From: Sphaerodactylus townsendi
Taxonomy: Eukaryota
Length of the DNA: 64,000 nt
Direction of reading: 5' to 3'
Assembly (NCBI RefSeq): GCF_021028975.2
Contig: NC_059436.1
Coordinates: forward strand, 6,324,001 to 6,388,000
The position numbers and the translations under genes were made by a program. Below, in pieces: positions 23,280 to 35,530 of the stretch. Below the pieces are notes generated by a model. It was given only the letters and a program-made list of their open reading frames with translations. It was not told the origin of the DNA and ran no database searches. Numbering within the stretch: position 1 is the first letter of the stretch; every line of letters starts with the position of its first letter.

Positions 23280-23620
23280 TCACACACATATAGCAAGTCA
23301 GCTAATGGAGTTGGGCAATAATTCAGACTTGCTTGACAGCAGCAGTAATTTCAATAAATAATTATGAGATGTCATTTTGCCTCCTTCTTGCAGGCTCATC
23401 ACAGGGGCTTTCGTAGTTTATTACAAAAAGAAATCTCCAACTTCCACGAGCACTGGGGCTGGCAGGTCCTGCATGGGTTTAACTAGAAGGCTATCTGGAA
23501 TTATTTCTGGAAATGGAGCAGCATAGTTCATTTGGGGCATAAACAAGTTGGATCTCCACCACACTGTAAAAGGTAAATAGTGCATGAGTGTGGCTCTGAT
23601 TCTGATCAGTGCCGTCACTG
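23280..23620. promoter_or_regulatory. CNE-like island
   Basis: TE-free. TTGACAG (Meis), TAATT clusters, TTTATTA and ATAAACA. Confidence 0.4.
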
Positions 23621-23658
23621 CTGGACATGAAGAGGATTCCTCTGTCAACCCACACTCA

Positions 23659-23799
23659 GGCCCCTTCCACACATGCAGACTAACGCATGTTCAATACACT
23701 TTTGGTGCACTTTGCAGCTGGATTTTACTGTGTGGAATAGCGAAATCCAATTGTGAAAGTGGATTGAAAATGCATTTTTCTGCATGTGTGGAAGGGGCC
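23659..23799. mobile_element. Harbinger MITE family H (141 bp)
   Basis: TIR GGCCCCTTCCACACATGCAGA / TCTGCATGTGTGGAAGGGGCC with 3-bp TSD TCA. Confidence 0.9.
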
Positions 23800-24052
23800 T
23801 CAGTTTCATGAACTGACCACAGAATACCTGAATGTTCTTAGAAATTTAAATAGAAGGAAATGAGGTTTCCTTTTAAGTGCTAACAAACAACACAGTTTCA
23901 ATTAGCAAAATTTAGCAGGGATTGAGGGTTTGAATCTCCTTCCTCATTAACTTACGGCCTACATCTGAACAGAGAGTATTTATTTATTTGCTTCATTTAC
24001 ACCCTGCCTTTTTCCTCTATGGGGAACCATAACGGCTCAATTAACATGTCTT

Positions 24053-24409
24053 CAAAAACAGCGGTTTGAACCTGGTGCCAAGTGAACGGCACTGGGACAG
24101 AGGTGCTGCTTTCAGGCACCTCCGTTCTGTTTGTAAACTTACCTCCTTTTCCCTGCGCAGCTCTGCAGCAATAAGGGGACATGCCTCCTGCCCTCTGACC
24201 CCTGAGGGTTATGCCCCATGGCCACGGGGGTGTGTCCTGTCATCCCTGCAGAGTTGTGCAGGGAAGAGGAGAGAAGTGTACAAAGAGAATGAGTGGGCTG
24301 CGACAGCTCTGGGACCGCCTGCATGGGAGCATGCGAACAATCCCAGGGCTCCACCGGCATCATACATGCCGATGTGCCGCCGTTTCACAGGCCTGTGCAG
24401 AACAGGTCC
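24053..24409. mobile_element. Harbinger-type MITE related to 36735-37231, left end lost
   Basis: Shares CTTACCT..TCCCTGCG.AGCTC, GCATCATA.ATGCC.TGTGC and the right terminus. Confidence 0.65.
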
Positions 24410-24480
24410 TTGTTGAGAAGGTCTCGTGAAGAATAGGCACAGGCAAGAGCAATTGGTTTGGGGGCTTGTTGGTGCCCAGA

Positions 24481-24757
24481 TTATGCACAAAGACACAGTG
24501 CCGCAGATATGTGTCCTTGTGCATTAATAAAACACTGCACACAAAAAGAATATTCATTCAAGTGAATGCACATCCAAGGGAATATTACTTTTTGCAGTAT
24601 TTTATCAGTACATATATTATTTATGCACAGAGACACAGTCCCACATATATGTGTCCTTGAGCATTAATGACACATTACACACAAAAAGAATCTCAATTCA
24701 AGTGAGCGTAAATAAGCGATAGTCCTTTTTGCAGTGTTTCATCAATGCATATGTCTG
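24481..24757. repeat. Two diverged tandem units, period 140 bp
   Basis: TTATGCACA.AGACACAGT...TGTGTCCTTG.GCATTAAT...CACACAAAAAGAAT...ATTCAAGTGA starts at 24481 and again at 24621. Confidence 0.85.
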
Positions 24758-26229
24758 CATCACTAATGTGTGTGGGAAGAAAGACATGAAAAAATGAAAA
24801 ACTGTTGCAAGTTGCACATGGGCTGTACAATGTACAAAACAGAGTACTCCTGTTTCCACTCTGGAATTCAAACTCCAAAATCTGTAGAAATTTGGATGAG
24901 AATTCTTTTTCTGGGCAGACTACTGAGCATGAGTATTCAGCTCATCTGTGAAAAAAGAGAACACAAGATGGCTGGCAGAAAGGAAGGGAAAGCCTCAGTC
25001 TTGAATTAATGTGGAAATATACTTCTACAGGAGAAGAAGGAGGAATCAGAGACATATTATGCAACTGTGGTCTGCTTTGCATGAAGCATCCATCCCTTTT
25101 GGATTGGATTCTCTGTTATGCGCTAACTTTAGCCTCTTTGGAACAAACCACAGCTCAGATCAGTGGCTGTGCAGCTTCCAAAAGTGGGTGAACTATGACT
25201 CTCCCCTCTCTCACAGAGAAAGTGAAGGGAAGAAGCATGTATCTTGCTTTCTTTGACTTAGCTTGCTCCTCCCTGCCTTCCTGACCTTTTCCATGCCCAT
25301 CCAACAGCAGTTCTTAGCACTCTTTGAACCAGCAGAATGGTCCAAAGGGTGTTTTTCTTTCTTTTTAAAAAGACAGCCAAAAACAAACAAACAAAAAAAC
25401 AAAGTTGCTGGCAATACAGGAAGTAGCGGAAAGTGGTAGGCAAGCAAAATAGTGGTAGGCTCAGCTGGGGATACCTCACAGCAGGAGAATCCCTGGTTTA
25501 AACAGACAACTGCAGGAAAACCCACTCCAAGGAAAAGAGCTGTGGGGTAAGCGCTGCATGCATGATAGGCCAAAAAGAAGCTCCCAGCTTATATAAGAAT
25601 AGGCATCCCATTCAGTAAGAAGGTAACACAGATGCACAGTCTGGGCTTCACACCAGATGCACAATCTGGTTCTAGTGCAAAGGGAAATATGGTGTGTCCC
25701 AGTGTCTAGGCACCCTGAGTCACCTTGCTCCAACATTTATCCTCACAACAACCTTATAAAGTAGATGAGATTAGTGACTGGTCCAAGATCACCCAATAAG
25801 TTTCAAAGGTGAGTGGCGGATTTCAAGCCTGTTTTAACCAATTGCACCATGTGAGCAATCCTTGGTACTTTCCTATGTATGTGTTCTAATAATGCTCACT
25901 GGTCACATATATGCAGATCCTGTCAGATTACATGTATGCCACTAATTCCCACCACCTTGAACCACTAATTCCCAGTTTATGCATGTCATGAAATTTAAAT
26001 GTGGCAGAAGTCACAGGGCAAGTGCTTTCCCCTCACGAACTAGGTATGAGTGCAGTATGGCAATATTTTTCTCTATTCAGGACTGATATACTGCAGTTTC
26101 CTACAATTCACACACCAAAAGACTGGCCAAAGATTAACCTGTATATTCTAATGAGGTCAGTCTTCAATTCTTTGCACTCCACAGATACATAATTCAAACC
26201 ACAGGTCAACTTTAGCATACCTGCCCTTT

Positions 26230-26560
26230 AGAATAGGGCACGTTAAGATATATTACATTAATTACAGGCCTTTCCCGTAATCCTCAGGGCAGTTCCGACT
26301 CACCTATCACTTCTACCTTGCCCTCTGGGCAGCAAGAAGCAGTTGCAGGAAATGGAGACAATCTGGTATTTGTTTGCGCATGAAACATGTGGGGCCTGGC
26401 TGGCAACAGGCAATTTGTGACAAATGAATTAGCTTGCTCGGGAAGCTGTCCAGTTCACACCCATCCACTTGCCAGGACAGCAGCTGCCCACCCAATTTGC
26501 TATTCCTCTCCTCCTCCACTGAGTGGGACCATTAAGAAGGACCCGTAGGAAATTAGTCTG
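26230..26560. promoter_or_regulatory. CNE-like island
   Basis: TE-free. ATTAATTA, TGACAAATGAATTA and CCATTAA. Confidence 0.35.
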
Positions 26561-27164
26561 TCTCACCAGCATAATCTTCAGAGTTGAGGTGCAAAAGAAC
26601 ACCACAGCACATTAGACGGAATGTTTTATAAGATGGTCTAAACACCTGCCCATTGGAGACGTCATGCCAAGACTGGGCTTCACACCAGATCCATTGTGGA
26701 GTTCTCCATCTAGGTGTTAAGGTTTTCCTCTGGTTCTGCCGCTTTGTTTCCAACAAGGTTGCTTATTATGTTGCCTTTTTCGTATGGGCATTATCCAGAA
26801 TAATCAGCTATGAGACTTTTTGAGTGAGTCTACATTGTTTTTGAAGCCATTTTGTAACTGATGGACTTTGTTCAATGGACAATAGGTTTTTTTTTTCTGA
26901 TCGAGAAAGGCTTCCTCTGATGGTGAAAAAGTTTTCCTTTGTTTAAGGAAATCTTCCCCTGAGCAAAACTTGATGGAAAGGAGTCGTATGATCCAACCCT
27001 GTGATTCTAATCTGGTGAACCAGGTTTGTTTTCCTGCTCCTACATATGAAGCCTGCTGAGTGACCTTGAGCTAGTCTCCATGGGACCAGCGGGGCAGTGC
27101 CACATTGGTGCCAAGGCCTGCTGCTGATGGGGCTGCCCAAAAGGTATAACTCTGTTTTTCTGAG

Positions 27165-27365
27165 CTGGATAGCTTCAGCCTAGCCTGTTCTCATCAGATC
27201 TCAGAAGCTAAGCAGGGTCAGCCCCGGTTAGTATTTTGATGGGCAACCTCTAAGAATACCAAAGACATGACATAGAGGCAGGTAACGGCAAACCCCTATG
27301 AATGTATCTTGCCTTGAAAATCATATAGGGCTGCTATAAAACATCTGTGACTTGAGGGTATATAC
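27165..27365 (+). mobile_element. 5S-derived SINE
   Basis: CAGATCTCAGAAGCTAAGCAGGGTCAGCCCCGGTTAGTA (5S internal region) plus GTGACTTGA tail. Confidence 0.75.
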
Positions 27366-28199
27366 ACTTTGTTTGAGATTATACAGTTATGGAAATCTTT
27401 CCCTGCCTGAGACCATGTAAAACTGCCAGTTAAAGCAGACCATACTTGGCTAGATGGGCCAATGGTTTCACTCCATATTAGACAGCTTTGTATGTTTTTG
27501 AGAAGACCTTTGAAGTAAAACACTATTGCCAATTTCACAAGTGAGCAATATGGCCTTCAGGCATCTTGGGTTGACAACTTTTAGTGGAGACGTTACACAG
27601 TGCCATGAAGTGGGCAAATAAAGGTGAGTGGCTGATTATAATGCACTTGATACAGCAACTTTGCTCATGTTGAACAAGTCTGGTCTGGTCACTGCCAGGA
27701 GATAGTCAGAGAACTCTGTGTACACTGTCTCAAATTCCATGGACAAATAAACTGAATTTCTCAGTTGCCATATATTTTACCCCCCTCCCTATTTTAAAGT
27801 CAGAGGTTGTCTTGGCCTGGCAGAGAGTCAGAATAATGCAAAATAATTACTGGATGTTGTTGAATTTCTTTTGTCAGTGGAGATAGACCAACCCATGTCA
27901 AGAACATTTTTGGCATGGGATACCTTGCCTTGGGGAAGGGGATAGGGTTAGACAATTATGCTGCTCTAGAAGGCAGCAGCCAGAATGTCCCTGAGTTTAT
28001 CTGCCTATGAGGAGCTCTCCTACTTGCTCTTCTATGGGGTTTCACTCCCAGCCAAAATGGCATCTTTTCCTTCCCTCACAGAGGTGGTACTTGAGCCATT
28101 GTAGCAGCCAATTCAGCCAATCAGGAACAGAGCTTTCATTATCACGAGCACAATCTAAACGGATAGGTATCCCTTTCTGGTTGTTTTGGTCTCAGGTAT

Positions 28200-28600
28200 G
28201 AGCAGTGTAAAGGTCCCCGCGTCCTGTTATAAATAGTAATGATAACACAATTATCAGGCAAAACAAAAATTAAGTTTAATGGTGCAAAGCCAGGATATAG
28301 TTTCAAGGTAATTCATATTAATTATGTTTGGATTAAAAGCTTATTTCTTTTGTTAGCATCTGCAAGTAGGGAGAAGTAAAAAATGCATATAATTACTGCT
28401 TCTTATGGAGGAGCCGTGTTGAACTTAATGGGCCATTCCCCTTCTCTCTGGGCGTACAATGAGCAGTAATATTTCACATTTGGTAAAATGCAGAAGAAAT
28501 AAATTACATGTTTAATGATAAGAATTACTTAGACTGATAATGAAATTGGATTGGCTAGTTAATATGGTGAGACACTCAGACTTGAGCAGCACAAAAAAAA
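28200..28600. promoter_or_regulatory. AT-rich CNE-like island
   Basis: TE-free, with a very dense set of TAAT/ATTA homeodomain cores and a few retained CpGs. Confidence 0.5.
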
Positions 28601-28949
28601 TGGAGAATACCACTTTTATTTTTTAAAGGGTGGAATTCCACAAGGCATGCGAAGTGCAACAATATTGGTTTTCTCCTTTACTTGTATTTCAGCTTAGGTC
28701 AAAGTAATAATGAGAACTGACACCCTCAAAACCTAGGTTAAAACAAGATTTAAAATAAATATTTTAAAAATATTACCATTATTAATTTAATTTTTAGAAT
28801 TATTATTTATTTATTTTTAATTTATTCATCATATGTCACAAATACCCTCAATTCCAGTAAATATTAGAGGGATATTTGGGGATTGCGGGTTTTGGTGATT
28901 TGGAATGATTTCAGATTTTTTACAGTTTGATCTTAGTTCAGTTACCCTA

Positions 28950-29014
28950 ACTGAGATCAGATCTTCAAGGTCCAAAGCATGGACTGAGATCAGATCTTCA
29001 AGGTCCAAAGCATG
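28950..29014. repeat. Perfect tandem duplication, period 33 bp
   Basis: ACTGAGATCAGATCTTCAAGGTCCAAAGCATG twice. Confidence 0.95.
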
Positions 29015-29119
29015 AGCCATTTTGTGACTTGTGGCTTATTTTTCATGAGCCTGGGATTTGGCCACACAAAGCATACACTTCACCAATGAGGTATTGTGGG
29101 AGGGACTGATGGGACTACC

Positions 29120-29315
29120 TTAAGCTGAATAAAACTATTGGTCAATCAAGGTCAGTACTTCCTATTCAGACAGGCAGCAGATCTTCGGAGTTGCAAGTAC
29201 AGGTGCTTTCACAGTCCCTACAACCTGGTCTTTTTGACTGGAGTTGCTGATGATTGGACCTGGGACTTTCTGCATGCAAAACAGATGTTCTCCCACTGAG
29301 CTGTGGTGGCCCCTC
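29120..29315 (-). mobile_element. tRNA-head / CR1-tail SINE, near full length
   Basis: Reverse complement reads GCTCAGTGGGAGAACATCTGTTTTGCATGCAGAAAGTCCCAGGT...TACTGACCTTGATTGACCAATAG. Confidence 0.7.
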
Positions 29316-29427
29316 TGCTGTTCTGCCAAGGTCTTGAAGTTAGATACAAATCAAGGTGGAATATTAGGAACTCAACCACAAACCATTCAGACTTCTTATT
29401 TGGGCCTCAGTGAACTGCCAAAATGAG

Positions 29428-29646
29428 TAGAGTTACCAACCTCCAGGTGAGGCCTTAAGTTCTCCCAGAATTACAGCTAATCTTCAGACCACAGAGATCA
29501 GTTTCCCCGGAGGAAATGGCAGCTTTGGAGTGCAGGGTCTATGGAATCACATCCCTACTGAGCTCCCTCCCGTCCTCAAACTTGGCCCTCCCCAGGCATT
29601 GCCCCAAAATCTCCAGGAATTTCCCAAAGTGGAATCATCAACCCTA
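29428..29646 (+). mobile_element. MITE family A, full length
   Basis: TAGAGTTACCAACCTCCAGGTG ... CAACCCTA. Confidence 0.8.
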
Positions 29647-29679
29647 TCATTGTCTCACTGAGTAAGCTACTTCATACAT

Positions 29680-30173
29680 GTCCTTTTCACACAAATCTCC
29701 TAAAATCTTTCCTATTGCTTTTGATCTCCCCTTTTGTCTGCGCTCACATCCAGAAACTATTCCTGGCCACCATTTTGTGATTTCTTTCTTTCTCTTTTTG
29801 AGTTCTGTGTTGAATCGATGCTTGATGCTTCACAGCCTTGTGCTGCATTCTGTACTCCTTGTATACTTGATGCTTCACAGATTGGTCCCCCCAAAATAAA
29901 AGAACAAACAGAGAATCGCTGCAGGTGAACAGGTGAGTGCAGAAAATGGAGCAAATTTCAAATCAGTGTGGGAAATGTAGTAGGTAGATCACATAGCAAA
30001 TGAAGGCATTTTCAAAACGTTCCAGCCAGAGAATTGTTTTAAAAGGGGAATCATTCAAAACATTTTGAAGCTGAAAATAAAATATTTTGGGGTAAAAACA
30101 ATGCAGAACACCAAGGAGGAAATGTTTTATTTCCTGTCTTGAAATGTTTAAAACAAATTGTGCCGAAAGGGCC
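29680..30173. mobile_element. Old Harbinger-type element
   Basis: Degenerate TIRs GTCCTTTTCACACAAAT / AATTGTGCCGAAAGGGCC. Internal CCATTTTGTGATTT and ATGCTTCACAGC.TTGTGCTGC are shared with about 57579-57830. Confidence 0.5.
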
Positions 30174-30304
30174 ATTGTCCACCAGAGTAGTGAGCAGGGC
30201 TGCCAAGAGAACGGCCACGGCTGTGAGGCACATTTGAACAAGACTATCGCACATAATGCGATTTTTCCAGCTCCCATCTGTGCAGCAATGCAGGGGAAAC
30301 GGGT

Positions 30305-31090
30305 CGTATCATGGCCCGAGGGGTTGGTCCTGCCTGTGTAACCTCAGCTTGTGGGTTCTGTGGGGCAGCACTTGGAATGAGTTGCAACAACAATTTTTAA
30401 ACAACAAAATGGTTTACTTTTCTTTACAATTAACACTTTTAAAACATCAACATTTAACGTTACAATTCAAGGTCCTGTTCAGGTTGCATTTCAAGTCCTT
30501 CTATTTACAGTCTACTGATATTGCCAAGTCCAAATTCTTCTTTGCAAGTTGGCTGGCTCCTGAAGACTCCAAGGGCTTGATGAACAGGTTGCAACATGAT
30601 GAAGGTCTCCAGGAGAACTCTCACCCATTACAACCACAAAAGAAAACCCTGAAACAATAAACTCCAACATTTACAACATAGCAAAAACAACTACCTTCCC
30701 AGTAGTTCCCAATAATATTGCAATTACCTTAACAAGGTGTTAAGGGCTTATAGAAATCAAGGTCCGAGTCTGGTACCCTTGTCTTCTGCAAAGAGCTCTT
30801 TCAGCCTTTCTGCTGCTCTGAGTCTCCACCCCCTTACTGGGTCAACCCATTCTGGGCCAACCCATTCTGGGCATGGGGGTTACACCTGCACTTCACAGGC
30901 AGGCAGGGAAGAAAAAAAAGATACACCTTCATGTGAAGGTGTGCACCCCAGCCAACACGCTAGCTGTTCACGGGACAGCCAGCCATGCAAAGGGTGAGGC
31001 CCCTTTCCCCCACTTTTATTGGCCCGTGCAGAAAGAGCCTGGGTCATCCCAAAGCACAAATCACAGGTTCATGGAAGATAAGCCACAAGT
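30305..31090 (-). mobile_element. Possible solo LTR (Gypsy-like)
   Basis: Compositional resemblance only: minus-strand AGTAAACCATTTTGTTG polyA-like region near the left end and a CA-rich body. No TG..CA ends or TSD resolved. Confidence 0.35.
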
Positions 31091-31667
31091 CTGAAGGCCT
31101 CTGTGAAATTGAGTCACTGTAGACACAAAAGTCAGGAAAATATATCAACAAATAGTATAAACCTCTTCGTGTGACCCTCCTCTGGCATCATTACAGAGCA
31201 TATATGAATTGAGTCTCAAATATTTATTAGCCTGGCTTCATCCCAACATGTATATAGTTCTAGATACTACAATGGCTCCACCTTGCTAGGTTCTACCTAG
31301 TCATCATCCTGCACAATGACTTTTGACACCTGAGCTTTAAACAATGCAGCCATCCATTCCAACTGCCATTTTCCCACGATCTCCTGGGCCCCATGCACCA
31401 ATAAAAGGGGGGGCAAATCCTTTAATTAAAAAACCAAATCCCAGTCAGTAACCCATTTCCCCCATCACAGCCCCTGCTGTCACCCCCATATAAAGATCCT
31501 TTTCTGATGCTGTAAATTCAGTGCAGCAATTGCATCATCTCTCTCTCTGCCTCTCTTTCCCCCTTCTGCCCCACCCCAAGAACAGCACAGATTAAGATAA
31601 AGTGATAGTTCTGTGTCAAAGACTGCTTTACTGCCACACTTGGGATAAAGGAGGAGAGGTTAATTTA

Positions 31668-31887
31668 NNNNNNNNNNNNNNNNNNNNNNNNNNNNNNNNN
31701 NNNNNNNNNNNNNNNNNNNNNNNNNNNNNNNNNNNNNNNNNNNNNNNNNNNNNNNNNNNNNNNNNNNNNNNNNNNNNNNNNNNNNNNNNNNNNNNNNNNN
31801 NNNNNNNNNNNNNNNNNNNNNNNNNNNNNNNNNNNNNNNNNNNNNNNNNNNNNNNNNNNNNNNNNNNNNNNNNNNNNNNNNNNNNNN
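31668..31887. other. N gap, 220 nt
   Basis: Run of N. Confidence 1.
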
Positions 31888-34354
31888 ATATACTGGATTT
31901 TTTCTTGGCAACTTAACAACTAAGTGTTTTAATAACATCACGCTATAATTTATTCTGCCTGAAACACAAAAATCTCTTTTGTGCAAGTTTCTTTCTTTTT
32001 TTAATTTTACTTTTGTGTGTGTTTTGTTTTGCGAGAACTGTTAATCCTCTTTGCTAATGTCAAAACTGGCATAAATTCACATATAAATTTGAAATCTGAC
32101 TGTGAAAAAGTCGGAGGTTACTGAACGCCTTTTTATTGTTCCATGTCTTTTCTGTGTGAGTGCATATGTGCTGTTTTGTATATATTTTTCTTTATCTTTT
32201 TTTTCATATGCATGCATTAGAAATAATTGGGCTCCGTGATGACTTAAGGTGAAGAGAGCTGGCTTTGTAATTAGATTTTAACATAATGACAAAGAGCTGG
32301 GGTAGGAGCATATAGGGTGATTTGTGGATCACATTACAGATTTCCTATTGAAAAAGCACACATCTACCAGCCTACCACAGTCTTCCACACACTTTTATTA
32401 TTGATACTTCTGCTTCAGTGATCCATCACTAAACAATAAAGGAGATAGCAGATATCTATCTTGCTTGGAAGACAGGCACTTTCACCCCCAGTTTGTAGGC
32501 TGTAGGAAGGGACTCTGCCCATGTGCAGAACAGCTGGCTTTCTTACCGACAGCTCTTCTTGATCCAAACCTGAGTTTAATAAGGAAAAGACTATCAATAC
32601 CTTTTGTATGCATTATTGTATTAAATCTTATCTCTTCTCTTGACTTAAATAATGATACATTGTTAGGTTTTTCTTTTGTATGTAACTGATTTGTATCATC
32701 GGATAAATTATAATAAAACAAAATTATAACAAAATTGAGTAGTTTGAAATAATTACTTCATAAGAACAATACTAAGAGATATTTAGACAAATTTTGTCCA
32801 TGTATTTTTTTTGTTTTCTTTTTCTTTTTTTCTGTCTAGTCAGAAGTTGCTGCAATGTTAGAAATATTAGGGGAATTTACAAAGACTATATATGCTGTAA
32901 AATGGGTTTTTTTGTATTGTAAGTTTTTTAAATATTTCTGATATAAATAAAAATTTTAAAACTAAAACTAAAAACACTGCTCCTTGATCTCTCTCCCCTC
33001 CCCCTAGTAATTCTTTTATTGTTAGAAATTTTAAGGGCAAACAAAAAGCAATAAACAATGATCTGTCCCACACAGCCTTAATAAGATATTCTGGAGATGC
33101 TTAAAAAGTGTCCTGGAAAGGCACTCCACACAGTTTTCTTCCCAAGATGTCCTCAAGACACCTTATTTTAACTCAAGTCATCCTTTTTTGCAGAACACTT
33201 CAAAGTTCACCTTTTCTTCCTAAGCCAGATATCTCCTGCCTGGTCGTGCAGAATGCAGAGGTCAGGAGGCTTCTTATGTTTCCCCCCTAACCATTTTGCT
33301 CTGTGGTCCATTTCTGCCTCAGCTTGCGCCCGACATTTTGTGTACAGCTGCATGGAGTCTCCCTGCCGCCATTTGCTGACAGTTGCCCCAGGACTTTTGC
33401 TCTGCAGGCTCCAATCCTGGGCGCCTTTTCAGCCCCAAAAGTACAGAGTTAGCTGGTCCTGCCCATTCTGGCAAGATATAGTTTTCCTTTTAAAAAAAAA
33501 AAAATCAAGGAGCCATCTTTGTAGCTATGTAGAAACAAATACAAGAATCTTGGCTGCTCGGTGAACTCCCATTGGAAAACATTGGAACCACAGAAGACAG
33601 GTGTGCCACTCAGTGAGAAGCATTCTCCCATGCATGTCTGCATGTTTTCAAAGTAGCATATCTGAATACTTGATTAAAAAAATTAACATTTCTTTCAAGC
33701 ATTGGATGGTGTTGCTTGCAATTTGCTCAAGAGTAGTTCAATGGCCAGAACTGTTTTTGTTGTTGAGAGTGCTTTTCATTGTTAGAGTAATTTTTTATTT
33801 CAGCTGGACTTTTAAAACAAATGATTAGAGCAACTCTTTGGCTGAGGATTTGCAAACCACATTTCCCCTAATAAACAGGAAAAAATGAAAACTGCTCTTG
33901 GTCCGTAACTCTGCCTCAAAGTAAGCCTCCTATCTAATAGTAAATTCCTCATGGACTGCTTCAATTTTGCAACATCTGTGCAAGGAGTTCCACAGAGATT
34001 TAATTTAACTGCTCTCTTTTTTCTTGATTTGTCCCCAGTGTGTGACTTATGCTGTGAAAAATGGCCATACACCCATACCGTACCCCCTTGCAGCAAATAT
34101 CTGAGCATGGAGGATGCTGCATTATAAACAGTCTTACCAAGCACATTCTGTTCAAGTGGACTTATGACTATCATCCCTTTAATAGAAAGGTGGCATTCAG
34201 TTAAAGGCAGCTGACATCATAAGAACTTAACTGATTTGTTTTATGAAAATCAATTTTGTTTTGAGCCTCCCTGAACTGGGAGCAATCAACTACATGTTTT
34301 AGCCCTGATTATATTTATGATATTGCGTGTTCTGGGAGTGTGCCGTGGGTTCAA

Positions 34355-34560
34355 AGGAACATCAGAGCAGCCCTGCTGGATGATACCAGTGATTCATCTA
34401 ATCTAGCATCCTGCTTCTGAAAGGAGCTGTTCAGATGCCACAGGAAAGGCCAGAAACAGGGCCTGCTGGCATCAGCTCTCACCTGTGCATTGTCCTAGGG
34501 GTGCCATATGCTCCCTGAGGTGGGACATCTTTTGCCCCCAGCAGCTGTTGTGCTGGCAGC
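34355..34560 (-). mobile_element. Old CR1 3'UTR fragment
   Basis: GAACATCAGAGCAGCCCTGCTGGAT..ACCAGTGATTCATCTAATCTAGCATCCTG. Confidence 0.55.
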
Positions 34561-35152
34561 ACTCTAGTAATCAGCATGAGACAAAAAGAAAGAAATTGCC
34601 ATCAGCAAAGGCATGTTGGCACTTCCAGGAAAAACCTGGAAGGGACATCAGCCCTCTCCATGAATTACTGGGAACTCTGCAGTAAAACCTATAAAGTGTT
34701 CAAGGCATTGCCAGAAACTCTATGGATTTACCATAGTGTTTTCGGTAATTCCTAGAGAGGAGGACTCTTCTGACAGTGGTGCCACACTGTCAACAGTGAT
34801 ACACACCCTTCTCTCTCCCCCACTCCCCATATTTCTGTGAAGCCTGACAACCCTAATTGCTCCCCAGCATCTTACAGAATAAGCTCTGCTTTTATCAGGA
34901 GGTGTGCATTTAGAGGGAGTTAACAGTTATGGTTCATGAAAGCTTTGCCCATCCTGTCATTTGTTCTTTCTATGCTCTGCCCAGTGCTCCAAATAATGAG
35001 TTGGAGCCAAAGAGAACCGAAGGCAAATTAGGCACCAGTACATTTCCACAAACACATGAGACCTGGAAGTGTGAAGCTGGTCAGAGTAGTCCAAAGCTGG
35101 GTCAAAGGTCATAGGTTCAGAGATTAGCCACAAGCCCTGGAACCCAGCAGAG

Positions 35153-35367
35153 TAGAGTTGCCAGCTCCAGTTTGAGAAACACCTGGAGATTTTGGGGGTA
35201 GAGCCTGGGGAAGATGGGTTTTTGGGAAAGGGAGGGACTTCAGCAGGATATAATGATGTACAGCCTGCCCTCTAATGCAACCATTTTCTCCAGCAGATCT
35301 TGGTCATTTGGAGATCAATTGTAAAAATGATTGATCTCCAGGTGCCTCCTGGTGATTCACAACTCTA
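35153..35367 (-). mobile_element. MITE family A, full length
   Basis: TAGAGTTGCCAGCTCCAG ... CAACTCTA. Confidence 0.8.
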
Positions 35368-35455
35368 CAGCACTGTTGGTGTCAGGCCTAATCTATCCAC
35401 AAGGGAAAAGACAGAAGCTGAAAAGAAGCTCAAGCAAGGAGTCAGCATCCATAGG

Positions 35456-35530
35456 CAGTGGCGAAGCCACCAGGGGACGGGCGGGGGGGGGGTGCGCGAC
35501 CGTGGGGGGCGGAAAAATCCCCTCCCCCTT
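35456..35530. mobile_element. hAT MITE 5' end only (CAGTGGCGAAGC)
   Basis: Abrupt GC/CpG-rich stretch with the same TIR class as 60706-60881. Confidence 0.5.

Noticed and set aside
27165-27260. 5S rRNA gene
   Set aside because: Diverged, dispersed and always fused to a retroposon tail, so it is a SINE.
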